Part shown: piece after piece, positions 1 through 15,106 of the stretch | Layout of the letters: each line of letters begins with the position of its first letter | Numbering within the stretch: the stretch's first letter is position 1 | Source: Eledone cirrhosa | Taxonomy: Eukaryota | Direction of reading: 5' to 3' | Length of the DNA: 64,000 nt | Assembly (NCBI GenBank): GCA_964016885.1 | Contig: OZ024744.1 | Span: 8,432,001-8,496,000, forward strand | The notes under the pieces: generated by a model | Database searches by the model: none | Seen by the model: the letters and a program-made list of their open reading frames with translations, nothing else | Told to the model about the DNA's origin: nothing | Position numbers and translations under genes: made by a program

Positions 1-2274
1 CATACCTTCTCACTTGGTCACATAGCCTGTTACTTGGTCACATAACCTCTCACTTGGTCACATAACCTCTCACTTGGTCACATATCGTCTGACTTGGTTA
101 CATATCCTCTCATATGTGACTTGGTCACATAATCCCTGACTTGGTAACATAACCTCCGACCTGGTCACATAACCTATGATTGGTCACATACACTCTCACT
201 TGGTCACATAACCTCTGACTTGGTCACATAAACCCAGACCTGGTCAAATAACATTTAACTTGGTCAAATACCCTCTCACTTGGTCACATAATCTCTGACT
301 TCGTCACATAACTTCAGACTTGGTAACATAACCTCTGACTTGGTCACATAACATCTCACTTGGTCATATAACCTCTCAGTTGGTCACATAAACTCTTACC
401 TGATCACATAAACTCTCACTTCGTCACATAACCTCTGACTTGGTTGCATAACCTCTGAATTGGTCACATATCCTCTCATATGGTCACATAACCTCTGACT
501 TGGTCACATAGAGGTTATGTGACCAAGTAACAGGCTATGTGACCAAGTCAGAGGTTATGTGACCAAGTGAGAGGTTATGTGACCCTGTCAGAGGATATGT
601 GACGAAGTTAGAGGTTATGTGACCAAGTAACAGGCTAACTTCGTCACATATCCTCTGACAGGGTCACATAACCTCTCACTTGGTCACATAAGCTCTGACT
701 TGGTCACATAACCTCAGACCTGGTCACATAACCTCTGACCTGGTCACATATCCTCTGACTTGGTCACATAACCTCTGACTTGGTCACATAACTCTGACTT
801 GGTAACATAACCTCTGACTTGATAACATAACCTCTGACCTGGTCACATAACCTCCCACTTGGTCACATAACCTCTCACTTGGTCACATACCCTGTCACTT
901 GGTCACAAAACATCTGACTTGTTAACATAACCTGCGACTTGGTCGCATAAACTCTGACTTGGTCACATACCCTCAGACTGGGTAACATAACCTCTCACTT
1001 GGTCACATATCCTGTGACTTGGTCACATAACCTCTGACTTGGTCACATATACTCTCACATGGTCACATATACTCTCACATGATCACATAAATTCTCAATA
1101 GGTCACATAACCTCTGACCTGGTTACATACGCTCTCACCTGGTAACATAAACTCTGACTTGGTCACATAAGCTGACTTGGTCACATACCCTCTGACTTGG
1201 TCACATCACATCTGACATGGTAACATAACCTCTGACTTGGTCACATAACTTCAGACTTGGTAACATAAACTATGACCTAGTCACATATACTCGCACTTGG
1301 TCACATAACCACTGACTTGGCCACATAACCCCTCAGTTGGCAACATAACCTCTGACCTAGTCCCATAACCTCTGACCTGGTCACATAACCTCACACTTGG
1401 TCACATAACCTCTGACTTGGTCACATAACCTCTGACTTGGTCACATAACCACTCACTTGGTCACATAACCTCTCACTTGGTCACATAACCTCTCACTTGG
1501 TCACATAACCTTTGAATTGGTCGCATAACTCTGACTTGGTAACATATACTCTGACTTGGTCACATAAACTCTGCTTGGTCACATACCCTCCCACTTGGTC
1601 ACCAAACCTATCAATTGGTCACATAACTCTCACTTGGTCTCATAACCTCAGACTTGGTACCATATTCTCTGACATGGTCACATAACACAAGACTTGGTCA
1701 TGTAAACTCTGACTTGGTCAAATACACTCTCACTTGGTCACATACCATCAGATTGGCAACATAACCAATCACTTGGTCACATATCCTTTGACTTGGTCAC
1801 ATCACCTATGACCTGGTCACATAACATCAGACATGATCACATAACATTTAACTTGGTCACATACCTCTCACTTGCTCACACAACCTTACTTAGTCAAATA
1901 CCCTCTGCCCTGGTCACATAACCTCTGACCTTGTCACATAACATCTGACTTGGTTACATAACCTCTTACTTGGTCACAAAAACTCTCACTTGGTAACATA
2001 ACCTCTCACTTGGTCACATAACCTCCCACTTGGTCATATCATCTCTCACTAGGTAACATAACCTCTGACCTGGTCACATATGCTCTCACTTGGTCACATA
2101 ACCTCCCACTTGGTCATATCATCTCTCACTAGGTAACATAACCTCTGACCTGGTCACATATGCTCTCACTTGGTCACATAATCTCTGATTTGGTCACATA
2201 GTATCTGACTTGGTCACATACACTCTGATTTGGTCACATAACCTCAGACTTAGTCACATACACTCTCACTTGGT
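1..2274 (+). repeat. Satellite A, 20-bp tandem repeat (consensus ACTTGGTCACATAACCTCTG/C), continues off the left edge
   Basis: TGGTCACATA recurs every ~20 bp through 2274, with point variants and small indels; one short inverted block at 511-635. Confidence 0.97.
511..635 (-). repeat. Inverted block of satellite A (about 6 monomers)
   Basis: Reads GAGGTTATGTGACCAAGT.., the reverse complement of the monomer, with forward monomers on both sides. Confidence 0.95.
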
Positions 2275-5200
2275 ACTTTACGTACACTATAATATATACC
2301 ACACTACTATGATATATAACACACTACTATAAGATATACCACACTACTATAATATATACCACCACACTACTATAATAAACACCACACTACTATAATATAC
2401 AACACACTACTATAATATATACACCACACAACGATAATATATACATACTACTATACTACATAACACACTACGATAATATATACCACACTACTATAATATA
2501 TACCACACTACAATAATATATACCACGCTACTATAATATATTCCACACTACTATAATATATACTACACTACTATAATATATACCACACTACAATAATATA
2601 TACCAAACTACTATAAAATATTCCACACTACTATAATATATACCACACAACTATAATATATATTTCCACACTATTATAATATACACCACACCTACTATAA
2701 TATATACCACACTACTATAATATATACCATAATACAAACATATACACCACACTACTATAATATATACAGAAATACTATAATATATACCACAGTACAATAA
2801 TATATACACAAACTACTAATATATACACCACACTACTATAATATACACCACAACGCTAAATATATACCACCACACTACTATAATAAATACCACCACATTG
2901 CTATATTATACACCACACTACTGTAATATATACTACACTACTATACTATATACCACACTACTATAATATATACCACACTACTATAATATATACCACCACA
3001 CTACTATAATATATACCACACTACTATAATATATACAACACTACAATAATATACATCATACTACTATAATATATACCACACAACTACACCACACTACTAT
3101 AATATATACCACCACACTACTATAATATATACCACCACACTGCTATATTATACACAACACTACTATAATATACACCACACTACTATACTATATACCACTC
3201 TACTATAATATTAACCACACAGTATAAAACATACCACACTATTATAATATACACCACACTACTATAATATATACCACACTACTATGACATACGCCACACT
3301 ACTATAATATACACCACACTACTATAATATATACCACACTACTATAATATACACCACCACACTAATATAATGTATACCACACTGCTAAAATATACACGAC
3401 ACTACTATAATATATAACAAGCTACCATAATATATCCCCAATACTATAATATATACCACACTACTATAATATATGCACACCACTATAATATATGCCACAC
3501 TACTATAAAATATACCACTCTACTATAATATACACAACAACACTACAGTTATATATACCACACTACTATAATATATGCCACACTACTATAATATACACCA
3601 CATTACTATAATATATACCACACTACTATAATATATACCACACTACTATAATATACACCACACTACAATAATATACACCACACTACTATAATATACATCA
3701 CACTACTATAATATATACCACACTACTATAATATATGGCACACTACTATAATAGATACCACACTAGTATAATATACACCACATTACAATAATATATACCA
3801 CACTACTATAATATATACCACACTACTATTATATATACCACACTATTTATAATATATACCAGGCTTCAATAATATACACCGCACTACTATAATATATACC
3901 ACACTACTATACTATACACCACACTACTATAGTATACAGCACACTACTATAATATACACCACACTACTATAATATATACAGCAATACAATAATATATACA
4001 GCAATACTATAATATATACACATTACTATTATATATTCCACACTATTATAATATATACGACACTACCATAATATACACCACGCTACTATAATATACACAA
4101 CACCACTATAATATGTACCACACTACTATAAAATATACCTCACTACTATAATATATACCACACTACTATAATATATACCACACTACTATAATATATACCA
4201 TAATACTATAATATACACCACAATACTATATTATACACCACCATACTACTATAATATACACAACACTACAATAATATATATGTTACTACTAACATATATA
4301 CCACACTACTATAATATATACGACACTACTATTATATATACCATCCTACTATAATATACACCACACTACTATAATATATACCACACTACAATAATATATA
4401 CCACACTACTATAATATACATCACCACACTAATATAATATATACCACACTACTATAATATACACCTAACTATTATAATATACACCACACTACTATAATAT
4501 ACACCACACTACTAAAATATACACCACACTACTGGAATCTATACCACACTAGTTTATTATATACCAAAACTACTATATTATATAACACACTAGTATACTA
4601 TATACCACACTACTGTAATCTATACCACACTACTATAATATACACCACACTACTATAATATATAGCACACTTCTATAATATATAACACGCTACTAAGATA
4701 TATTCCACACTGCAATAATATATACCTCACTATTATAACATATACCACACTACTATAATATGCACCACACTACTATAATATATACCACACTGCTATAGTA
4801 TGTACCACACTACTATAATATATACCACACTACTATAATATACACCACACCACTATAATATACACAACACTACTATAATATATACCACACTACTATAATA
4901 TACACCACACCACTCTAATATACACAAAACTACTAATATATATACAATACTACTATAATATATACCACACTACTATAATATATACCACACTACTATAATA
5001 TATAAAACATTACTATAATATACACCACCACACTACTATAATATATACTACACTACTATAATATACACCACCTCACTACTATAATATATACCACACTTCT
5101 ATAATATACACCACACTACTATAATATACACCACACTATTATAATATATACCACACTAATATAATATGTAACCTACACTATTATAATATATACATCTCCA

Positions 5201-8200
5201 CTATAATATATACGACACTATTATAATATACACCACACTAATATAATGTACACCACACTACTATAATGTACACCAGACTAATATAATGTACACCACACCA
5301 CTATAATATACGCCACGCTCCTATAAAATATACACCATACTACTATAATATATATCACACTCCTATAATATACACCACACTACTATAATATATACCACCC
5401 TACTATAATATATACAAGACTACTATAATATATACCACAATACTATAATATACACCACACTACTATAATATAATCACTACACTAATATACAACACAGAAC
5501 TATAATATATACAACTACACTACGTTAATATACACCACACTAATATAATATATAACACACTACTATAATATATACCACACTACTATAATATACACCGCAC
5601 TACTATAATATATACAACATTACTGTAATATAGAGCTCAATACTGTAATATGTACAACACTAATATTATATATCCCACACTAATATAATATATACCGCAT
5701 TACTATAATATATACAACAATACTATAATATACAACACATTAATATAATATACAACACCACACTACTATAATATATACCACACTACTATAATATACACCA
5801 TGCTCCTATAATATATACCACACCACTATAATATACAGAATACGACTATAATATATACCACACAACTATAATATACACCACATTACTATAATATATACCG
5901 CACTACTATAATATAAACCACACTACGATAATATACACCATACTAATATAATATATACCGCACTACTATAATTTATACCACACTACGATAATATACGCCA
6001 CACTACTGTAATATATACCACACTACTATAATATATACCACCACACTACTATAATATATACCACACTACTATAATTAACACCACAGTACTACATTTTTGA
6101 CCACACTTCTATACTATATTACACAATACTATAATCTATACAACACTACTATAATTTATACCACACTAATATATTATATAAGAGACTACTATAATACATA
6201 CTTCTCGGCTATAATATACACCACACTACTATATTATACACCACACTACTATAGTATATACCACAATACTATAATATATACCACACTAATATAATATATA
6301 CCATACTACTATAATATACACCACACTACTATAATTTATACAAGACTACTATATTATACACCACCACACTAATATAATATACACCACACTACTATTATAT
6401 ATACCACACTACTATATTATATAACAAACAACTATATTATATAACACACTAGTATACTATATACCACACTATTCTAATATATACCACACTACTATTATAT
6501 ACACCACCATACTACTATAATATACACCAAACTACTATAATATTCACCTCACTACTAAAATATATTCCACCCTGCAATAATATATACCACACTATTACAA
6601 TATACACCACACTGCTATAATATAGACCACACTATTATAATATACACCACACTGCTATAATATAGACCACACTAATATAATATATATCACACTACTATAA
6701 TATATACGACACTAATATATTATACACCACACTACTATAATATACACACTACTATTATAAAATATACCACACTAATATAATATACACCACACTACTATAA
6801 TGTATACCACAATATTATAATATATACGTAACTACTATAATATACACCACACTACTATAATATACACATCACTACATTAATATACACCACAGAACTATAA
6901 TATATACAACACTACTATAGTATATACCACATTACTATAATATATACCACACTAATATAATATATACCTTACTACTATAATATATACCACACTACTACAC
7001 TACTACAATATATACCACACTACTATAATATATCAACACTACTATAATATACAACACACTAATATAATATACAGCACCTCACTACTATAATATATACCAC
7101 ACTACGATAATTTATACCATCACACTAATATAATATATACCACACTAGTATAAAATACACCACACTACTTCATTATATTCCAAGCTACTATAATATACAC
7201 CACACTACTATAATATATACCACAATATAATAATATACAACACACTACTATAGTATACACTAGGACACTACTATAATATATACCACACTACTATAATTTA
7301 TACCACACTACTATAATATACACCACACTACTGTAATATATACCACACTACTATATTATACACCACACTACTATAATATATACCACACTACTATAATATA
7401 TACCACATTACTATAATATACACCACACTACTATAATATATACCACCCTACTATAATATACACCACACTACTATAATATATAACACACTACAATAATATA
7501 TACACCAAACTACTACAATATACAAAACACTACTATAATATACACCACACTACTGTTATATATACCACACTACAATAATATATACCACACTACTATAATA
7601 TATACCACACTACAATAATATATACACCACACTACTATAATAAACACTACACTAATATAAACCACATTACTATAATATATACCACTACACTACTATCAAT
7701 TACACCATACTACTATAATATATACCACACTAACATAATATACACGACACTACTCTAATATACACCGCATTACAATAATATATACAACACTGCTATAATA
7801 TATACCACATTACTATAATATATACCACACTACTATAATATAAACCCTACTACTATAATATATACCACACTACTATACTACTAAAATATATACCACACTA
7901 CTATAATATATCCATACTACTATAATATACAACACACTAATATAATATACAGCACCACACTACTCTAATATATACCACACTGCGATAATTTATACCACCA
8001 GACTACTATAATATCTACCACACTAGTATAATGTACACCACAGTACTTCATTATATTCCAAGCTACTATATTATACACCACCCTACTATAATATACAACA
8101 CACTACTTTAATATATAACACACTACTATAATATACAGTAGGACACTACTATAATATATACCACACTACTATAATTTATACCACACTACTATAATATACA

Positions 8201-11200
8201 CCACACCACAGTAATATATACCAGACTACTATATTATCCACCATACTACTATAATATATACCACACTACTATAATATATACCACCCTACTATAATATACA
8301 CTACACTACTATAATATATACCACACTACTATAATATATACAACACTACTATAATATACACCACCACACTAATATAATATATACCACACTACTATAATAT
8401 ATATCACCCTACTATAATATACACCAAACTACTATAATATATAACACACTACAATAATATATACACCTAACTACTATAATATACACAACACTACTATAAT
8501 ATACACCACACTACTATAATATATACGATTCTACTATAATATACACCACACTACTATAATAAACACTACACTAATATAATATATACCACACTACTATACT
8601 ATAAACAACACTACTATAATATATACGACACTACTATAATATACACAACGCTACTATAATATATACCACATAACTATAATATATACACTACACTACTATA
8701 ATATATACCACACTACTACAATATATAACACACAACTATAATATATAACACACAACTATAATATATAACACACAACTATAATATACACCACACTACTATA
8801 CTATACACAAACACACTACGATAACATACACCACACTAATATAATATATACCACAAAACTATAATATACATCACACTAATATAATATATACCACATTACT
8901 ATAATATATACCACACTACTATAATATACATAAACCTACTATAATATACACCACATTACTATAATATACATACCCACAATACTATAACCTACACCACACT
9001 ACTATAATATACATACCCACAATACTATAACCTACACCACACTACTATAATATATACCACCACACCACAATATTATATCCCACCACACTACTATAATATA
9101 TAGCACACTACTATAATGTACACAACACTACTATAATACATACCACACTTTAATAATATATACCACACTACTATAATATAACCCACACTAATATAATATA
9201 CACCACACTACTATAATATATACAACACTACTATAATATACACCATAATGCTATAACATATCCCCCACTACTATAATATATATCACCACACTACTATACT
9301 ATATAGCACACTACTATAATATAAAACACCACACTACTATATTATATACCACCACATTTCTATAATAAATACCCCACTACTATAATATACAACACACAAG
9401 TATAATATATACCACACTACTATACTGTATACCACACTACTATAATATATACCGCACTACTATAATATACGTCACAAAACTATAATATATGCCACACTAC
9501 TATAATATATACCAAACTACTATAATGTATACCACACTACTATAATATAGATGCCACTACTATAATATACACCACACTACTATAACATATAACACAGTGC
9601 TATAATATATACCACACTACTATAATATATACACACTACTATAATATACATCACACTACTATAATATATACCACACTACTATAATATATGCCACACTACT
9701 ATAATATATACCACATTATAATAATATATACCAGACTACTATAATATATACCACACTACTATAATAGTTACTACACTACTATAACATACATCACACTACT
9801 ATAATATATGCCACACTACTATAATATATATACCACACTACTATTATATATACCACACTACTATAATATATACCACACTACATTAATATACACCGCACTA
9901 CAATAATATACACAACACTAGTATAATATACACCACACTACTATCATATATGCCACAGTACTATAATATATACCACAGTACTATAATATATACTGCATTA
10001 CAATAATCTATACCACACTACTATAATATATAACAGACTACTGTAATATAGAGCACCATACTATAACATGTACAACACTAATATAATATATACCACACTA
10101 CTTTAATATAGATGACACTACTATAATATTTACCAAAATACTATATTATACACCACATTACTATAATATACACCACCACTCTACTATAATATATACCACA
10201 CTACAATAATATATACCACACTACTATACTATATACCACACCAATATAATCTACACAACACTACTATAATATATACCACACTGCTATAATATATACCACA
10301 CTACTATAATATATGCCACATAACTATCATATACACCACACAACTATAATATATACACCACTACTATAATATATACCACCAAACTACTATAACACAAACC
10401 ACACTACAATAATATGCACAACACTAATATACTGTACACCACCCTACCATAATATGCAACACACTTCTATAATATACACCACACTACTATATTATACAGC
10501 ACCACAATATTACAACATACACCACACTACTGTAATATATAACACACTACTATAATATACACCACAGTACTATAATATACACCACACTACTGTAATATAT
10601 AACACACTACTATAATATACACCACAGTACTATAATATATACCACATTAGTATAATATACACCACTCTACTATAATATACACCACACTACTATAATAAAC
10701 ACCACACTTCTATAATATACACCACACTACTATAGTATATACCACACTTCTATAATATATACAACACTACTATAATATATACCACACTACTATAATATAT
10801 ACCACACTACTATAGTATATACCACCACACAACTATAACATATACCTCACTACTATAATATACACAACACTACTATAATATATACCACACTACTATTATA
10901 TATACCACACTACTATAATATATACCACATTACTATAATATACACCACACTACTATTATATATACCACATTACTATAATATACACCACACTACTATAATA
11001 TATACAACACTACTATAATTTATACCACCACACTACTATAACATAAACCGCACTACAATAATATACACAACACTAGTATAATATACACCACATTAGTATA
11101 ATATACATCACACTACTATAATATACACCACACTACTATAATATATACCACACTACTGTAATATACACCAAGACACTACTATAATATACACACACTACGA

Positions 11201-11237
11201 TAATATACAGCACACTACTATAGTATACACCACCACA

Positions 11238-11828
11238 CTCACTCAGACCCAGAAGCTCACGCGTCTTGCGACGCATGAGGCATTCATAGTGTTCTACCGC
11301 GTTCGGTCAGCAGCCAGTTGCACAGCGTCCCGCCATTGTCTGTTTGTCGCTCCCATACTTGGAGTTTGCATAAATCAAGTGCTCCGAGCACTTGGAGTTT
11401 GCATAAATCTGTTTGATTGCCGAAATGACTTTCTGGGGCAGACTATACTCATGCATGATGCTCCAGAGTGAGGGCCGATGAATGCTATCGAATGCTTTGG
11501 AGAAATCGATGAAGCTGACACCGGGGGCCTCTGGATTTCGTTGTACCTCTCAATAATGCGGAACGTTTTGGTCGGAACCATGCCCGTTGTTCCCGGTCTA
11601 CCATGCCACGTTTCCGGTTCAGGATCATCAGACAATAGACCTTCCCTGGTATGGAGAGAACTGTCACTCCCCTCCAGTTGTCAAAATCGGGAAGGTTGCC
11701 CTTCTTGGGGATACAGACAACCGCTCCGTTTCTCCAATCTTCTGGGACTTCACCCGTGTTCCACACAAGATTACATAAGTGGCCCATCCACTTGACCATG
11801 CTTTCGCCTCCTGACTTCAGCATTTCAG
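11238..11828 (-). mobile_element. Degenerate RTE-like non-LTR retrotransposon fragment (5'-truncated, internally deleted RT pseudogene)
   Basis: Minus strand encodes EMLKSGGESMVKWMGHLCNLVWNTGEVPEDWRNGAVVCIPKKGNLPDFDNWRGVTVLSIPGKVY (RT N-terminal region), then with frameshifts FIDFSKAFDSIHRPSLWSIM..QIYANSKC. It then jumps to a C-terminus-like WRDAVQLAADRTR and a short (TGAG)2 tail. No YADD remains. Confidence 0.9.
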
Positions 11829-12391
11829 TATAATATATACCACACTACTATAATATACACCACAGTACTACATTATATAACACACTACTATAATATATAC
11901 CACACTACTATAATTTATGCCACACTACTACAATATATACCACACTACTATAATGTATATCACACTACTATAATATACACCACACTATTATAATATATAC
12001 CAAACTACTATACTAGACACCACACTAATATAATATATACCACAATACTATAATATATACCACACTACTATAATATACACCACAATAGGATAATATACAC
12101 CACACTAATATAATATATACCACGCTACTATAATATGCACCACACTACGATAATATACACCACACTACTATAATATACACCACATTACTATTATATATAC
12201 CACATTATAATAATATACAACACACTACTATATATATATAAGACACTACCATAATATACAACACACTACTATAATATACACCAAGACACTACTATAATAT
12301 ATACCACACTACTATAATGTATACCACACTATTATAATATACACTAAACTAATTTACTATCCACCACACTACCATTATTTATACAACATGA

Positions 12392-12502
12392 GGTTGACTA
12401 TACCGCCGAGGTTGACTTTGCCTTTCATCCTTACGGGTTCGTTACAATAAAGTACCAGTAATGCACTGGGTAATTGCTGGCCTTGTGCCTAAAGTAGAAA
12501 CA
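12392..12502 (+). mobile_element. tRNA-derived SINE, 5'-truncated copy
   Basis: Matches the 3' half of the 14113 copy (CGCCGAGGTTGACTTTGCCTTTCATCCTTACGGG..AAAGTAGAAACA). Flanked by an 18-bp TSD with 1 mismatch, ATTATTTATAC(A/C)ACATGA at 12374-12391 and 12503-12520. Confidence 0.92.
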
Positions 12503-14108
12503 ATTATTTATACCACATGACTATAATATATGCCATAATACTATAAAATACACCACACTACTATAATATATACCACACTACTATAATCCATACCACACTA
12601 CTATAATATACACAAAACTACTATAATATATACAATATTACTATTATATATACCACATTACTATAATATATACGACACAACTACAATATATACCACACTA
12701 CTATAATATATCCACATGACTATTAATATATATCACACTTCAATAATATATATCACACTTCTATAATATATACCAGACCACTATAATATACACAACACTA
12801 CTATAAATACCACACTACTATAATATATACCACACTACCATAATATATGCCACACTACTATAATATATACCAAACTACATTAATATATGGCACACTATTA
12901 TAATATTTACTACACTACTATAACATATGCGATATAACTATAATATACACCACACTACTATAATATATACCAGACTACAATAGTATATACCAGACTACTT
13001 TAATATATACCACACTACAATAACATACACCACACTACTATAATATACACCACACTACAATATATACACCTCACTAGTATAATATATACCACACTACTAT
13101 AATATATACCACACTACTATAATATACACCACACTAATATAATATACACCACTCTACTATAATATATACCATATTTCTATAATATATAACACACTACAAT
13201 AATATATACACCACACTAGTATAATATACCCCACACTACTATAATATATACCACACTACTATAATATACACCACACTACTATAATATATACCATACTACT
13301 ATGATATACACCACACTACTACAATATACACTACACTACTATAATATGCACCACAATATTTTAATATACACCACACTACTTTAATATACACCACACTAAT
13401 ATAATGTACACCACCACACTACTATAATATATACCACACTACTATAATATATACCAACACTAGTATAATACATACCACACTACTATAATATACACAACAC
13501 TACTATAATATATAGCACATTACTTTTATATATACCACATTACTATAATATATACAACACTACTATAATATATACCACACTACAATAATATATACCACAC
13601 TACTATAATATACACCACACTACTATAATATACACCACACTACTATAATATATACCGCACTACAATAATATATACCACACTACAATAATATATAACACAC
13701 TACTATTATATATATCACAATACTGTAATATACACCACATTACTATAATATACACCACCACACTACTATAATATATACCATACTATTATAATATATACCA
13801 TACTACTATAATATATATCACACTTCTATAATATACATCACACTTCTATAATATATACCACAGTACTGTAATATATACCATACAATTATAATATACACCA
13901 TACTACTATTATATATACAGCCCTACTATAATATATACCACCAAACTACTATAATATAAACCACACTGCAATAATATACAACACACTACTATAATACAGA
14001 CCACACTACTATAATATACACCACATTACTATAATATATACAAACTACTATAATATATACCACAATACAATAATATACAACACACTAATATTATATATAC
14101 CAGACTAC

Positions 14109-14297
14109 GGAAGGGCGGTGGATTGGCAGTATCGGTAGAGGGTCGGACGCCATGCTTTACAGCATAGTTACGTCCCTTTACAATCTGAGTTCAAATCTCG
14201 CCGAGGTTGACTTTGCCTTTCATCCTTACGGGGTCGATAAAATAAAGTACCAGTAATGCACTGGGTAATTGCTGGCCTTGTGCCTAAAGTAGAAACA
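14109..14297 (+). mobile_element. tRNA-derived SINE, apparently full length (~185 bp), octopus-type by resemblance
   Basis: Starts GGGCGGTGGATTGGCAGTATCGG; A-box-like TGGCAGTATCGG (14124-14135) and B-box GTTCAAATC (14189-14197); perfect 19-bp TSD ATTATATATACCAGACTAC at 14090-14108 and 14298-14316. Confidence 0.93.
14124..14197 (+). promoter_or_regulatory. Internal RNA polymerase III promoter (A and B boxes) of the SINE
   Basis: TGGCAGTATCGG resembles TRGCNNARYGG and GTTCAAATC fits GTTCRANNC. Both motifs recur in the 18411 copy; the B box is mutated in the 27363 copy. Activity not shown. Confidence 0.7.
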
Positions 14298-15053
14298 ATT
14301 ATATATACCAGACTACTATGGTATACACCACACTTCTATAATGTACACCACACTACTATAATATACACCACCACACTACTATAACATCCACCACACTACC
14401 ATAATATATGCCACACTACTATAATATATACCACACTACCATAATATATACCACATACTATACTATATACCACACTACTATAATATACAACACACTACTT
14501 TAATATAGACCACACTATAATAATATATGCCACACAACTATAAGATACACCACACTACTATAATATATACCACACTACTATAGTATATACGACACTACTT
14601 TAATATATAGCACACTACTATAACATACACCACACTACAATAATATACACCACACTATAATATACACACCTCACTAGTATAATATATACCACACTACTAT
14701 AATATATACACTACTATAATATACACCTCACTAGTATAATATATACAACACTACTATAATATATACCACCACACTACTATAATATATAGACACTACCATA
14801 ATATATACCACACTACTATAATATATACCACACTACAATAATATATGCCACGTTACTATAATATATACCACAATATTATAATATACACCAAACTACTGTA
14901 ATATACACCACTCTACTATAATATATACCGCACTACGTTAATATATACACCACACTACTATAATATATGTCACACTACTATAATATATATCACACTACTA
15001 TTATATATACACCACACTAATATAATTTACACCACGCTACTATAATATGTAAC

Positions 15054-15106
15054 TATTTCTACTTTAGGCACAAGGCCAGCAATTATCTAGTGCATTACTG
15101 GTACTT
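15054..15106 (-). mobile_element. SINE 3'-end fragment (~55 bp), antisense
   Basis: TTTCTACTTTAGGCACAAGGCCAGCAATTATCTAGTGCATTACTGGTACTTTA is the reverse complement of the SINE 3' end; 11-bp TSD candidate TAATAT(G/A)TAAC at 15043-15053 and 15107-15117. Confidence 0.88.

Noticed and set aside
1-2274. Nuclear-receptor-like GGTCA/TGAC half sites in SatA
   Set aside because: Short motif with non-canonical spacing; no supporting evidence from sequence alone.
2271-2280. TGGTACTTTA at the SatA/SatB junction matches the antisense SINE
   Set aside because: Only 10 bp, four of them supplied by SatA; compatible with chance.
6097-6294. 65-aa Y/T/I-rich ORF
   Set aside because: Chance stop-free run through satellite B monomers with a TTG start.
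11289-11833. Five additional short ORFs overlapping the LINE fragment
   Set aside because: Antisense or frameshift pieces of the degraded RT fragment.
14113-14200. Functional tRNA gene
   Set aside because: No convincing cloverleaf; it is followed by a SINE body, flanked by a TSD and present in several degenerate copies.
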